Below are positions 1 to 15,523 of a stretch of 64,000 bases of DNA, piece by piece. The position numbers were made by a program, and so were the translations under genes. Under the pieces are notes generated by a model. It saw only the letters and a program-made list of their open reading frames with translations, made no database searches and was not told the origin of the DNA. Source of the stretch: Moniliella sp. 'wahieum' (taxonomy: Eukaryota); NCBI GenBank assembly GCA_003971905.1, contig RSEE01000015.1, positions 682,001 to 746,000 on the forward strand, in the 5' to 3' direction. Position 1 is the first letter of the stretch; each line of letters begins with the position of its first letter.

Positions 1-687
1 AACCCACCGTCCGCCGCGAATACGCCGAGCGGCACAACGGCTTCCTCCCTTTGGCCCGGTGGAATGATGCAGCGTTCGCGGCTTGGGCCTCCCTCTGTGC
101 CTTGGCCCAGTTGGGCCAGGCAGTCGCCTTCCGCCAGACAGCCAACCCCGTGTCCCGATCGACAATTCTCCTGTTAACTGTTCTGGGGGTGGTGCAGTGG
201 GTGGATTACTGGCTACGGGCACAAGCGCCGAACAGTGGTGGAGCTGGCTGGACTATGTCAACTTTCTCTTTTTTGTCAAGCTCATCATTACCCTCATCAA
301 GTACATCCCCCAAGTCGCGCTCAATTACAAGCGCAAGTCGACGATCGGTTACCGTGTTGAAAACCTGTTTGCCGATCTGGGCGGAGGCCTGCTGTCGCTT
401 GCTCAACTCGTACTCGATGCTTTCATCGAGGGCGATTGGAGTGGCATCACTGGCCATCCTGCCAAGCTGTATGTCTTGATTTCACTCTCTTGGAACCTAC
501 GCTAACTTTTGGGCCTCGCTTTTGCGCATTCAGTGGAATTGCGCTTATTGCGCTCGGGATGGACGGCATTCTTATTACCCAATGGGCTACTTACGATAAG
601 AAGCCCCCCGGCTTTGCCGCGTCTGACGAAGAGGCGAGCCCAGGAGAGCCTACTGAACGCACGTCGCTTCTTCCCGACCGCTCATAA
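1..687 (+). CDS. ERS1: Cystinosin / PQ-loop lysosomal-vacuolar cystine transporter (3' part; 5' end outside window)
   Basis: PQ-loop motif KLIITLIKYIPQVALNYKRKSTIG..LFADLGGGLLSLAQL..D..GDWSGITGHPAKL; intron ~469-533 (GTATGT..CTAAC..CAG); last TM exon GIALIALGMDGILITQW ends 687. Confidence 0.85.
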
Positions 688-892
688 CTCATCTCAGCCT
701 TGCATTGGCTTGTTCTTGTTGCACATTGCTACATCTTAACACCAGCGCTTTGAACGCGTTTGTCGGTGGTGGCATGAACGCCCAGGGTCTCTGCTGTACT
801 ACGACTGCCATGCCAATCTCCTGAGGGATGCCTTCCTCTTCTAGACACATAGACCCCTTCCCTATTCCCGATACATGCACTTTACATCGTGA

Positions 893-2857
<1,965 letters not shown>

Positions 2858-3183
2858 ATGGCTTGAGGTTCCTATCCTCCTGCAATCCATGCCACGCCCA
2901 TGCTGTGACTCACAGAGCGGGGATCCCTTCTCTGGAAAACCATTGACGTGATAACAGAAGACGGACGGTAACTAAAGTAAATTAATCATGTAGGACAAGT
3001 GAGTATCGACCGAGTGCACTTAGACGAAACATGTAACGTAGGCGCCACTCGGGGCGAAGACTAATTAAACCAGGAGAGGAAAACGGAAAGGGCAGGGTAG
3101 GAGGGTGCAAATTAAGGAATGGCGGGCGCGGCTTACACCACTGCCCAGGTGAGGGTAGAGTGAGGTAGGCAGAGAAGGAGTTA

Positions 3184-6059
3184 TCACGCGAGTGCGTCCC
3201 CGCCCGGATCCCGATGTGCCAGATTGCGAACGATGAGAATGTGAACCGGAATTGGTCGCGCGTGTGCGGGGGGGGTGAGGCTGTTGGTCCGGCGCCGCCC
3301 GGTCGCTTCAGGCGAGGGGGAGGACATGTCCGGGTCTGAGAGGGAGAGAACAAGCTCAGCATAGGGCTCTCTTTGCTGTACCGTCATCTTGCGCGCGGAA
3401 ATGAGAGCAAGAACGTGGTAAAAGGCTTGTGCGGCCACCGCAGGACTCGTCTCGGAAACGGGTGCTACATCACTGAAGAACAACGAGCGGGTCTTGCTCT
3501 CAGTCGCTGGTGCGGGGGCAGGTGCCGGGAGTGAACGTGCGACGGCAAGCACGTAGCGAACAAAATTGTCTCCTTCCACTGCAGCATGCTGCGCTTGCCG
3601 GATTTGTGTGTTGATTTGCCCTGCGGGATCGTGGTTGGGGACACTTCGGTACCTTGCGGACCTATAAAGGTGAAGGTCAGTTATGTAGACAAGCAGTAAT
3701 TAGAAAAGAGTCAAGAGTCAGACCTACCCAGCACCGATACCTCCTGGGTATCATTGAAGTTGGGTCCGTCAAAAGGTAAAGGCGAAGGTTGGGAGTGCGA
3801 TCCTATCCAAGGCATCCGGCTGGTGGACTTATCTCTGTTGATGAGCAGCTCCCTGATTAGTGCGCTGGAAATGGAAACAAAAGTAGTGACGGTATATACG
3901 TACGCAGTTGGTGTCCCAGTCAATGAATTGGGCACTTCGGCTCCGTACCTTTCGAACATATCGGGCATATTCCAGGGCAAGGCCCGATCCCACGAATGCC
4001 CTGTCGAGCCCGAGTCTCGGCCAACGCCCATTTCACTTGTAGAGTTCATCTGAGGGGAGAAGGAACACGTTAGATACGGACCTGAGAGAGCGGTGGAGCG
4101 GTTAAAACAACGTACGCTAGCATCCCCCCCCATGATCAGTGGGCCGTCCTCGAGAGGAGGCATGTCGTTCAAGAATAAGGTTGGCCTGTGAAGATCACAA
4201 TGTTAGCAACCCGCTTCCTTTTGGTATACGCGACGGAAATGACGTGCCCGTATTAATAGACGGCATATTGTCCAATGGGGGCATTTCATCAATCAAAGGT
4301 AGGTCATCGTTAGCGCCCATGCCCATGTGCAGACCCATGTCCCTGCCCTCCCAGCCTCCATGGCCGGGATCCATCGCGTTTTCCATCCCAATGCGCGGGC
4401 CCATGCTTCTCTGGAAATGGACTTTAGTCTGCTTCCCATGGTTGTGCTTGGCCTGGTCAATCAACGAAATCCAAAACGGACCAAGTGCCTCGCTTTGGCT
4501 AGCTACACGGACAGTATTAACGATCGCGTCTCAGTTTTTTTTACCGTAAACAAACACCAACAACAAGTGTGGAAGACACAGGAACATAGGGACATACCAA
4601 AGTCAAAGCCGCCATTGAGGTATACATCCGCTATGGTGCTGGCCGCCTTCTCGGCCGCCTTGGCCTCCGCATCATGGGAAAGTCGGGCCATGGAGAGGGT
4701 ATACCGTTGATTCCACTGGGAAAGGCCTTGGTCCGTAACCTCAATATCAAAATCCACCATCGGTCCCATCGGGAGGCGTTCCTCGAGACGACGTCGCTTT
4801 GTTGCCCGTGAAGGATTGGGGTCTTCCCATGTCACCTCACTATCTTGCCCGGGGGGTTCCAGGCCGCGATCTTCTAAAGCTGGGAGGGGTAAAAGGGTAG
4901 CTGGTTGGCTTTGTAAGAGAGTCAACATACGTCAGCATATGGCCGTACAATTAGCTCCTTCAGATGATGAGAAGCAAAACGACTCACTCTTCAAGACCTG
5001 GCATGTCCTCTAGTGGGGGAAGGTCTTCATTAGCCCCTGGACCAAATCCTGGGAAGTTGTCGTCTGTGTTATGGTGGGAGGTAGTGAGGTCGTCGCGGGA
5101 AAGGAGGGAGCGAACCGGTCGAGTGAATCGAGGCGCGTGGGGTGGGGAGAATCTTGGTGATGTTGCAGGTTTCCCTCCCTCCCATCATCAAACGGAGCGG
5201 CTTGGTCGTACTCATCAGCAAAGAGACCCAAGTCCAGCCCATCTTGTCCCTCTTCATTTGGATCCCAGTTCATCAACCCTGTTCCCAACTCTGAGCCTAG
5301 CAGCAGACTGTCCCCCTGGTCATGCATGGAAAAGGATGCAGGTGAAGGGAGGGTAATCTTATCCTGAGACACGGTATGTTTTGTAGGGAGCGGGCGTTCT
5401 GCTGGTTCGGCTCCTCCGCTCAGAGGCATCTCAACAGTCCGCTCAAACTAAAAAACGCGCGGGTAGGTCAGGGAGCTTGAATGTGATGGCGTCCTTACGC
5501 ATGGTGCGGGACGTTGGCGGGAGATCAATGCTTGCGGTGCCCAGCGCAGTGGCGAAGGTCATGCGACGGACGGTGGTGGCATAGAGGTCACATCGCTCAT
5601 CCATGCCTCAGCTGGGGAATCAGATACATAGGGGGAGCGGAGAGAGCGTTAGCTGAATGTGAGGGAAACGAATGGTAGGAAGAGGGAAGTAACGTGTGCG
5701 TACTTGGCTGACATAGACCCGGGCGAGTCCGGCCATGAGCTGGCTGCTGATGCGGAAGACAGATGCTGGTCTGGCTCGACAAGGACCTGGCATGCAGCCT
5801 GGATGTCGACGTTGGCAATCGCCTTCTTGCTCAAGCTTCGCACCCGGCTCTGCCGCCCGAGCGTAGCAAAGATCCTGCAAGGGAATGAATGGAAAGAGCG
5901 GGAGGAGTGATGGGGGTCAGACAGTGGTGTGGAGAGGGGCGCAAAGGTTAATTCAATGTGGATATCTATGGCAACTGCGAAGAAGGGGAGGTAAGAAGAT
6001 GCGTACCAGACAATGCCCAGGTCCGAGTTGCGCGACTTGAACAGCTCGAGGGCAGACAT
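3184..6059 (-). CDS. REC8: Kleisin cohesin subunit, Rec8/Rad21 family (multi-exon; probably meiotic Rec8)
   Basis: N-term MSALELFKSRNSDLGIVW|IFATLG..LSKKAIANVDIQAACQ..(L)RISSQLMAGLARVY matches Rad21_Rec8_N; C-term winged helix VAAQAFYHVLALISARKMTVQQREPYAEL; several GT-AG introns. Confidence 0.8.
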
Positions 6060-6243
6060 TTCAAGGAGGGATGGCGCGGGGGCGGGGGGGAGGTGAGGCT
6101 CGCTAGCGCGCGCGGTGGGCGCAGAGGATGGCTTATAAATGCTGCGGCGGACACCTGCATGCCAGAGACGGCGCTGCTGGTTGGGAGAACAACAAGGATG
6201 GAAGGGGCTCGTGCAGGCGAATGGTGCAGTGCGACGTGTGGTG

Positions 6244-6276
6244 CTGCTTGTGCTTGTGCTTGTGCTTGTGCTTGTG
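6244..6276. repeat. (TGCTTG)n hexamer microsatellite
   Basis: tgcttgtgcttgtgcttgtgcttgtgcttgtg seen directly upstream of the kleisin gene. Confidence 0.9.
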
Positions 6277-6583
6277 GCATGCATGCGAGAGCTGCGGCAA
6301 ACAACCCTCTGGCAGCTGCCAGCTTGCCGAGTCTAGTGTCGTGCATATGCCCCGCTTCGCATGTCCTGGCACACTGCCCCCGTGCGGCAGTTCCCGCACG
6401 CGGTGCTTGTACGCCTGCCGCCCGAGCGGAGCCGCGCGGTACCACAGCGTTTTACACTTACACTTACACTGACAGAGCGCATTGGGCACGGCTGTGCCTT
6501 CGGTTGATTACGGATTAAGTCACCACCCCCCAGCTGTTCGGCTCTGGTGCTGGACGCACACGTGTTTATTTCCATCGACGCCA

Positions 6584-7849
6584 TCACTGCGACTTGCCGT
6601 GCTGCTGGCCGTCTTCTTCCGCGCTGCCTGGTGCGCTGGCAGGCGGCGCTTCGGCCGCACTCGGCACATTCGGTACATTCTCCAGGCCGCCCAGGCTGAT
6701 CCGTCCACTCCCCCGGGCCAACGGCTTGGGCTGCGACTTGTCGGGCTTCCACCAATCTGCACATCCACTCAGGTTAGCCAGCCATCTCCATCTGGCGTGC
6801 AGGTGAACAGACATGTGACGCACCAGGTAGATCATGTTGAACGTTGCCGGCACCCCTTCCTCCTCTTCCAGCCCATGCAGCGAGCGGTAGATGGCACCTG
6901 CAGCAATCAGCGTATCTCGCCTCAGATGCAGGCGCCGGTTGAGCGTCGCATTCGACTCTCCCATGTCCCGCAAGTCCTGCATCAGCTCATACATCGAAGG
7001 ATACCCCACTGCCACCTCGTCCACGTCCACCGTCGGCATGGAGAACCCGGCTCGACCCAGTAGGTTGGCCATGTCGGCCGACGTAGCCATGGGGGACACA
7101 CGTGGTGAAATGCCTCCTTCCCGCTCCATCTCTCAGCCAGCTGAAGCGATGTCCGCAGTTCGAACAGCGTGTCTCCCCCGGCTAACGCGCCAATAAACAC
7201 TCCATCTGGTCGCAGCGCTCGGCGGATCTGGATCAGGGCACCCAACAAATCGTTGGTCCAATGCAAGCCCCCCGTAGCCACAATCACATCCACGCTGTTC
7301 TCTCCAAAGGTTTGGGCAAGATGTTCCTCGTCGTCGCCCCTCGGCGCTCCATCTCCACCCCAGCATACGCCGGCGCCGCATCCAGCTCCTCGTCGCGGTA
7401 GAGCAGCTCGCGATTGGCATCGCACATGATGAGCTTTTGTGTCTTGGTCTTGCCAAGTCAAGGAAACGGCGTAAATGACCTGCTCCCGAGCCGATCTCAA
7501 CCACGACAGGGTGGGGACGAGCAATGTCCGACAATCGATCTGCGATGTTGGCCGCCACTTGGTCCCGCAGATAGTCGGTGACTCTACTGGGTGCGGAAGG
7601 CGTCGTTCCTACCAAGGCCTCTTGTCCATCCGCCTCCTCCGTTTCGATTCCGACAGAGGCTCTCGGACTGGGTGCGACGGGAAGCACGTCCCTTTTGCAA
7701 CTGCTTGGCAGAGCGGTCAAGACTTGGTACGGGTCGTTGGGACGTGGAGCAGCAGCGGCAGCATAGGTGCGCTGGAGACAATGCGAGAGAGCACAACTCG
7801 CCACACTGGGCGGGATGCGAGCGCGTGCGCACCAGGGTGGTAACACCAT
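6584..7849 (-). CDS. NDUFAF5: Complex I assembly factor NDUFAF5 (SAM-dependent methyltransferase fold)
   Basis: [110 protein letters not shown]; frameshifts and one intron. Confidence 0.9.
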
Positions 7850-8317
7850 CCCGCGGGGCAGACACCGACCGTCATGATGGGCGAGAAATGGCAGATGGGG
7901 TAGGAAGCAGGCGGTGGCAAGCTCGGCTCGATCTCACTTCGTCTTCTCAATTGTCGATGCGAATTAAACTAGCCAAGGGGCCGCCACAAGTGGCTGGGAG
8001 CAAGGATCGCACTCCCCACTTTCAATGTTGTTAGTTAATTCCCAGTTGCCATTCCATGCTCCCCCGCAGTGACTGCAGTAAGGACAGATCGACACTTCGA
8101 GTCAAGCTGGTCGTCATTGATTAGCATTGCCACAACCGACAGCACACTATACTATTGTAACCCCCCCCCCGCCCCCCCGGCACAATGCTCTGACAACCAT
8201 CAGTGAAAACTAGGCGTACGCGTTGGGTGGTTCATTATGGTAGTTGCTGAATAAAGTTGTGGTGTACAAAGAGATATGTGAGACGCCCCAGGCACAGGGA
8301 GTGAAGAGGGTGTGAGG

Positions 8318-9977
8318 TTAGGAAGAGAAGTGGTAAGGACCCAAGATGACATGAGCTTGACGATCAAACTGGTCATACCAGAACCACCAAGTACCCCCGC
8401 TCCTAAGCAGGAACAGAGCAAAGGAGGAAATTTGGCGAAAGGCCCCGCCCCCACCCTTTACAACTGGGACTGTCGGGCGATTCTGGCGTCGGAGGCACAC
8501 TGTCATGGTGAGCCTTGCTGTGTGTCTTGTCCTCGCCTTGATTGAAATGGGATGGTGAAGTTTGCCTTCATAATCGTCGGCAAATGCCCGAAGGATCTCC
8601 TTTTGCCGCGAGGTGAGCGCGGCGGCATCTTGACGTTGAACTGGACCAGGAGGTCCCCTTTGGGAACTTTTGAGGTTGAGGTAGCGTACGGGTTGAGGAC
8701 GGGGATGCCGCGGCCCTCATCAGCAGCTTATCCGAGGCTGGGTGCCTGCTGGCACACGAAGATCCACCGTTCCATCCAGCGTCGGGACCTTGACCCGACC
8801 GCCCAGAAGAGCGGTGTAAAACGGAATCTGGCATTGTACACAAATTGCTGCCTTGCCGGCGCCACGTCTTGCTCGGCTGCACAGCAATGTGAACATACAA
8901 GTTCCCCCTCGGCCCTTGCCTTCCAACGGGAATGGCCTAGACCGTCAAGGCGGACTTTCATGCCATCGTCACGCCAGCAGGAACTTTGACTTCTTCGGTG
9001 AGCGTCTTGCGCACGTGTCCAGCCGGAGCATGGCCCGCAGTTGTCCTTGGGGTGTGTGTTTCGCCCACCCCATGGCAGACCGGGCAAGTCGTTGCCATCT
9101 GGAACCCATTCAGAACAAACGTCTTCGACCCGGAACCCTTACACTCTTTGCACTCTTCTTCTTTGCGCCTTCCTTCAGCCCCGAGCCATGGCAGGTTCCA
9201 CACTCACTCAGGCACTCACGGAAACCTTCTTTGTCGTACCGCGCGCCGCCTCCTCAAAGGACAATGTGATTCGTGCATCAATGTCGTCCCCACGCACGTT
9301 CGGGCCTTGGCCACCACCAGGGCGACCTCCAGCTCCAAAGTTGCCAAACAGGTGGTCAAAGATGGATTCGGCGCCTCCCATTCCGCCCATGTTTTGGAAC
9401 CCGCCAAACCCACCAAGCCGCCAGCACCAGCACCGCCCATGCCGCCCATATCCTGGAATCCGGCTGAACCATCAGTGGTGCCGTATTGGTCGTACATCGA
9501 GCGCTTCTGGTCGTCAGATGAACCTGCGCACACACACTGTGTCAGTCAACCCGCAGGGCAACAGGAGAAAGGGAAAGATGGATAAGGACATACATCGTAG
9601 GCTTCTTGGATCTCCATGAATTGGTCTTTGGCCTTCTTGTCTGGATTGGTATCGGGGTGGAGCTTCTTGGCGAGGCCATAGTAGGCCGACTTGATCTCCT
9701 TGGCCGACGCTCCCTTCTTGACCCCCAGCAGTGCGTACAGATCTTTTGCGGCTGAAGCGGAGGTGCGGGAAGAGGAACTGAAGGCGCGGGAGCTTTGACG
9801 AGGGGGGCGCCCCAGCCCTGCCACAGAGGGGGAGGCGGGGCAAGGCGCAACGGAAGCGGGAGGAGTGCAGGAGCGCGAGCGCGACCTTCTTGCCAGTGCA
9901 GCCGTGCTGACGGCAGCAATGTGGGCTTGCGCAGCACGTGTGCTGGCAGAAACACAGAGAGCGGTGGTGGGCAGCAT
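8318..9977 (-). CDS. MDJ1: Mitochondrial type-I DnaJ co-chaperone (3' end approximate)
   Basis: Presequence, then J-domain [36 protein letters not shown] region, CxxCxGxG repeats ([28 protein letters not shown]), [19 protein letters not shown]. Confidence 0.88.
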
Positions 9978-10867
9978 GCCTGACCGAGCGAATGGAGTGG
10001 AGGAGGAGGAAAAGGAGGAGGAAGGGATAATAGAGGGTGCGGCAACCGGTACCAATCGAGGCCGATTGAGAATGAATTAATGACAATGGATCGAAAGCGC
10101 AAGTAGTCTTCGATAATTTTCGGTCCGCCACCAGCAGTGCCAACACTGGCGCTGTGCCTGGCGTCTCACCGTCCACCAGCCTAGAAAATTCTACCACCTT
10201 CTGCCCGGAGACAATCGATGATTGGTGAACAGTGATTGTTGGCACTGACCGGTGACCTGGGGTATGCCGTGCATATCACGTGACATGTGACATGTGACAT
10301 CTGACATCTGACAGCTGCATGGGGGACATACTGGGCATGCTATCCGACATGCTGACAGGAACGCCAGGGTGGATGAACAGGGCACGTAATTTCGTGCATC
10401 GGCATCATCCTGCCCCTTCTCTTCCCAGGGCAACGCCGCATACCCAGCGAGATCGACATCAGACCTCCGTAGCCGGTCTGACCTTCCCCAGTCTCTCTCT
10501 CTCTCTCGGTTGGTCCTCCCCCAATTTCCTTTCGGGTGGATGGATGCCTTTTCTTGCCTGGCCGACACACCGACGAAGTCAGGCCTTTTTTTGCGTTCCA
10601 GGCATGTGTGGCGGGCGGCATGCTCACCAGTCCATGTCCTGTTTCCATGGCAGCTATCTATATCAACGCTAAGACAAGAACGAGAAAGAAAGACAACGCA
10701 AGGTGGGAAGAGGACGATTTGATGGGAAATGCAATGGTGTAAGTAGTAGTGGGCAAAGTGGTGATAAAGATAGTAATGCGAGTAGGCGCCAACAGATCGG
10801 GCCGGACTGGAAAAGGATTTAGCGCAGACAACGATCTATTCTGCCCCCTTCTGTTCCCATTCCCAGT

Positions 10868-11703
10868 TCATTCGGTTACCTCGGTAATCTGGGGTGCACT
10901 GCCACGTAACCAAGCATGCTCTGTCTGAGGCACCCCATTCACCGTCACCGTCTCCCCATCCGAGTCACGGGTGTACACTGTCCTCGTACCCTAGTAACAA
11001 GATAAAGGTCAGCCAACCAACGTTCCAGCGGCCCCGCTAAGCGCTAAGCGCTAACTGCTCATCCTACTTACATCAGCTCCGACTTCCTCCGCCCGGACGC
11101 GGAACTTGCCATCCTCGTTACTCGAGGAGTAGGAACGAGAAAAAGAGGTAAACCGAGGCGCCGACGTGGCGCCCGCGTCTGAGTCGTTCGATCCACTCGA
11201 CGATCCAAACCAGCGTTCTAGGAATCCGGGCGACTGCTTTTCTTTTTCTGCCGTCACAGCCGGAGCGGTCGGGGGCTCCAGACGCAAGGGCGAATTGTCA
11301 AATGTCGCCCACACCGGATCACGGTCAAAGAACGGGGTCCACATCTGGCTCAGTAAGCTGAACGGAGAAGCATTCCAGCTGTCAGTCCACGGTCTCGCCC
11401 CCGACCCGCTGAGTCCTTCGGGGCGCGGGTCCCAAACATTGCTCAGCGGGCTAAAAGGGTGGGAAAAGACAGAGGGGAGCAGGGCCTCCGTCGACTCGGG
11501 TGCACGGAACGAGAAAAGGGAGAGGCGGTGGAAGAGCGGCCGAGGTCATACGCCTTGCGCGTTTCGGGGTTGGACAGAACACGCAGCGCATCGTCCAGAG
11601 CAGCTTGACGATCCTGCGTCTGGCGCGTGTACGCTGCTTGGATCTCGTCCGCGCTAGCGTCAGGGCGTACTCCGAGAACGGCGTACAAGTCGCGTGCACT
11701 CAT
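10868..11703 (-). CDS. Small J-like protein (degenerate J-domain lacking HPD), DNAJB6-like S/T-rich tail
   Basis: MSARDLYAVLGVRPDASADEIQAAY...ALRVLSNPETRKAYD; then F/D/P-rich region, FTSFSRSYSSS, intron ~10992-11074, last exon GTRTVYTRDSDGETVTVNGVPQ...EVTE*. Confidence 0.7.
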
Positions 11704-12198
11704 GCTGGATGGGCAATACAGGGAGGGAGTATAAGCTAGGTAGGGGTGTAACGCCAACAGCGCTGTGGTGGTGGTGGTGGTGGTGGTGGGCAAAGCTGGC
11801 TAAGTTGGGGGTGTTTGTAACCGATAGTTACATTTAGTTTCGGTAGTTTCGGTGCGCTTCGCTTCCTTCGGCGCCCCTGTGCGCTCAGACCATGCACCCC
11901 ACATGAATATTTCAATGTTCTCGCCTGATCTTGTGGCAGTCGCGGCAGGCGCTGACAGGTTCGCGACTGATGCATACGACGGTGCAGCAACCCCAGAAGG
12001 GAAGATGCGGGCTGGGAATGCAGTCTATCTGTACAGTGGTCAACCAAAGAGAGGAGAGAACAACGACAGTGTGATTTGTATGAGTAGTAGAAGTAAACCC
12101 ACGATGAGGTGGGCGCCACGCCGTCCGACTCACCCTCACAAAGGCGAGGCGGGCGCGGTCAGGGCGCGCTAGCGGACACGCTTCGTCAAGATAGCAGC

Positions 12199-13115
<917 letters not shown>

Positions 13116-14570
13116 GTCGACGACCAGGGCGGAAGAGGCACGTTGGCGGTGAGAATCCATCGGCTGATGAAGTTGGAAAAGGTGGAGACGGAGACCAAAT
13201 GAGACGCCTCCCCTCGCGCGCACCACTTCCGCGTTGGCGGCGGCGGAACGATGAAGCCGTCCTTGATGATCGATCATCGATCATCGCTCAGTGATCGATC
13301 CCCAGGTCACGGGTTTCAAAATGTTCAAATGAGAAGGCCATTAAAAATGGGACCCCCTGCTTGAACAGCCTGAACGTTCAAATTCACATGTTTTTACACT
13401 GTGGCCTGCCTTGGGGAAGAATAGCCACGGTCAGCGCTATAGTGATGCCCACAGTAGTACAGAGATTCTATCTGTGCACCACTGTTTCCAAAAGAAAGTA
13501 TCTGCGGTTTCACTCTACGAATAATGGGGATGGTGTATGATGGAAAGTAAAAGACCCATAAAGAGGTGCGCGGTGAACGAACGAAATATACGTCCAGAGT
13601 GAATGGAAAACCCCCGACAAAAAATATATGCACACACATGTATGTGAGCTATATGCGAGATGCCCCAATAATGCCATGCAAACACGCCGGAGAACGAGAG
13701 AGTGAGACCAACAAAACAAAAGTGACAGTTTACATCTTCCTAAGGGAAAACACGTCTGTTTCATGTATTTGTATATATAGAGAGAGGAGAGAGAAGATCA
13801 GGGTGACACACAAGAGACCCGAAGAGAGGGAATGCATGCAGTCGAAACGAGAAGACGCAGCCACATAAAGCGAGAGAACAGAGAGAGAGAACAGAGAGAG
13901 AAGACAGTAGAGAGGAGAACACAGAAATCGGTTCATACGGGCTCATAGGTCTCAATGGTAGGCAACCAAAAAAGATCGCAAGATGCGCAAGGAATGACAA
14001 AACTGGCGCGGGGGTAGTACACGTCAAAAGTAGAGAACAGACTTTTTGGAAGCGAGATCACAGATCCCGCAATAGACAATTCACCAATGCCATCAAGGCA
14101 ATACGTCAGGGGTGCAATAGTTTGCCACGAATGCAGTTACGAGTATAGTTGGCGCGGTTTTTGGAGAGAAACAAAACGGGCAGTGAGAAACGCGGGGGTA
14201 AGGAAACCCACTTAACAAACCAGACAAGGTATAGGAACGCACATAAAGGGAGGAAACAGCCAGTTTCTCCCCCCAGATTTGTGAAAAGACGGTGAGGGAA
14301 CCTGTTTGAGGTGGCCGCGGCGGAAGACTGGTGAGCCGACTAAGGTTGAAAAGGAAAGGTATATATATAACCCCACCTCTCATGATGAACGACCACGAGA
14401 GAGGTGATTTGCCGACAGATCAAGTGTGAGCACGAACCCCCGAAAGCCATCGAGAAGCGTTTTGCGACCATCAAAAGAGAGGATGGTGCAAAATGGAGTC
14501 ACTCTCAACATGCTAGTCAGAGAGACATTAGAAACTCTGAGGCCTTCACGCCTTTGGCGAAGACAGAGGC

Positions 14571-15523
14571 TCATCTGTCGGGTACAACGAATTGTAGGCG
14601 AACGCGCTTGGGTATAATAAGGATTGAATGGCAGGTGGCGTGAACCCTAAGGCATCGCAATGAGGGGCAGGGGCGGAGGTGGTCTCTGTCCGGACTCTCT
14701 TTACCGCCGTGGTGGGGGAAGATGAGGGTATCGAGGAAGATGTAGAGGTAAAAACTCCAGCAACAGATGCTCTTCCCATCTCCCATTCACGTTCGCAGCC
14801 GTGTACTTTCGCTTACGAGAAGATCGCCGTAAGGTGACGGGCTGCACGTTTTCCTGCACCATCCAGTACCCTCCTCTGTTTTCCCCTTTTGGCCATCAGT
14901 AGGGGGCGCCGAGCGAAATGCTGTGTGAGCGACAAGATGTTGCGGATCGAATTCTTGGCCGAGAGGATATGGTCGGGTTCGCGAAAGTAGGGCCAGTACT
15001 GGGACAATTTTTTGTAAATTTGTACCAGCGTCAATCGCTTCTCGGGCGCCGTGAGGATGAGCAGGCGCAACAAACGCACCCATGGCGCCCGTGGCCGTTC
15101 GTGTGTCATCTGTCTGATTTCGGCAACAAGGATTGCAATTCTGCTTCGGGGTCATTGATTTGCCAGCAATCAGTTTTGTTGGCGCGGGCAGGTTGGGTAC
15201 ATGTTGAACGGCATTCTTCTTCGCCGAGAGACGGTCCAAATCTGGAATGCGGTCATCCTTATTCTTGGCGGCATGCTCGTCAGGAAAGGCAGAAAGGCGC
15301 TGACCACTTGAGGATTTTTGGCTATTGATGAGAACTGGGCTAGACGGGGTGCGTAGTAAAGAGGGCTGCTGGTCACAGCATTGATCCAGGTGCTCTGAAG
15401 AAACAAGTCAGCAATGTTCACTCTAACCTCTTTGGGAATCGCATGATCAGAAAAAGGGAAAGGGAGAGAGAGAGAAAGCAAGACACAATAGAGGGTGTAG
15501 AACATACTAGACGTCGGTTCCAC
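14571..15523 (-). CDS. Divergent forkhead (winged-helix) transcription factor; frameshifted, boundaries uncertain, possibly pseudogene
   Basis: ERPRAPWVRLLRLLILTAPEKRLTLVQIYKKLSQYWPYFRE..SAKNSIRNILSLTQHF (14813-15109), then wing motif RGGYWMV in an adjacent frame at ~14855-14878. Confidence 0.7.

Noticed and set aside
13400..14500. ORFs in the AT/GA-rich stretch downstream of the forkhead gene
   Set aside because: Low-complexity translations without motifs; no termini or TSD found to call a TE
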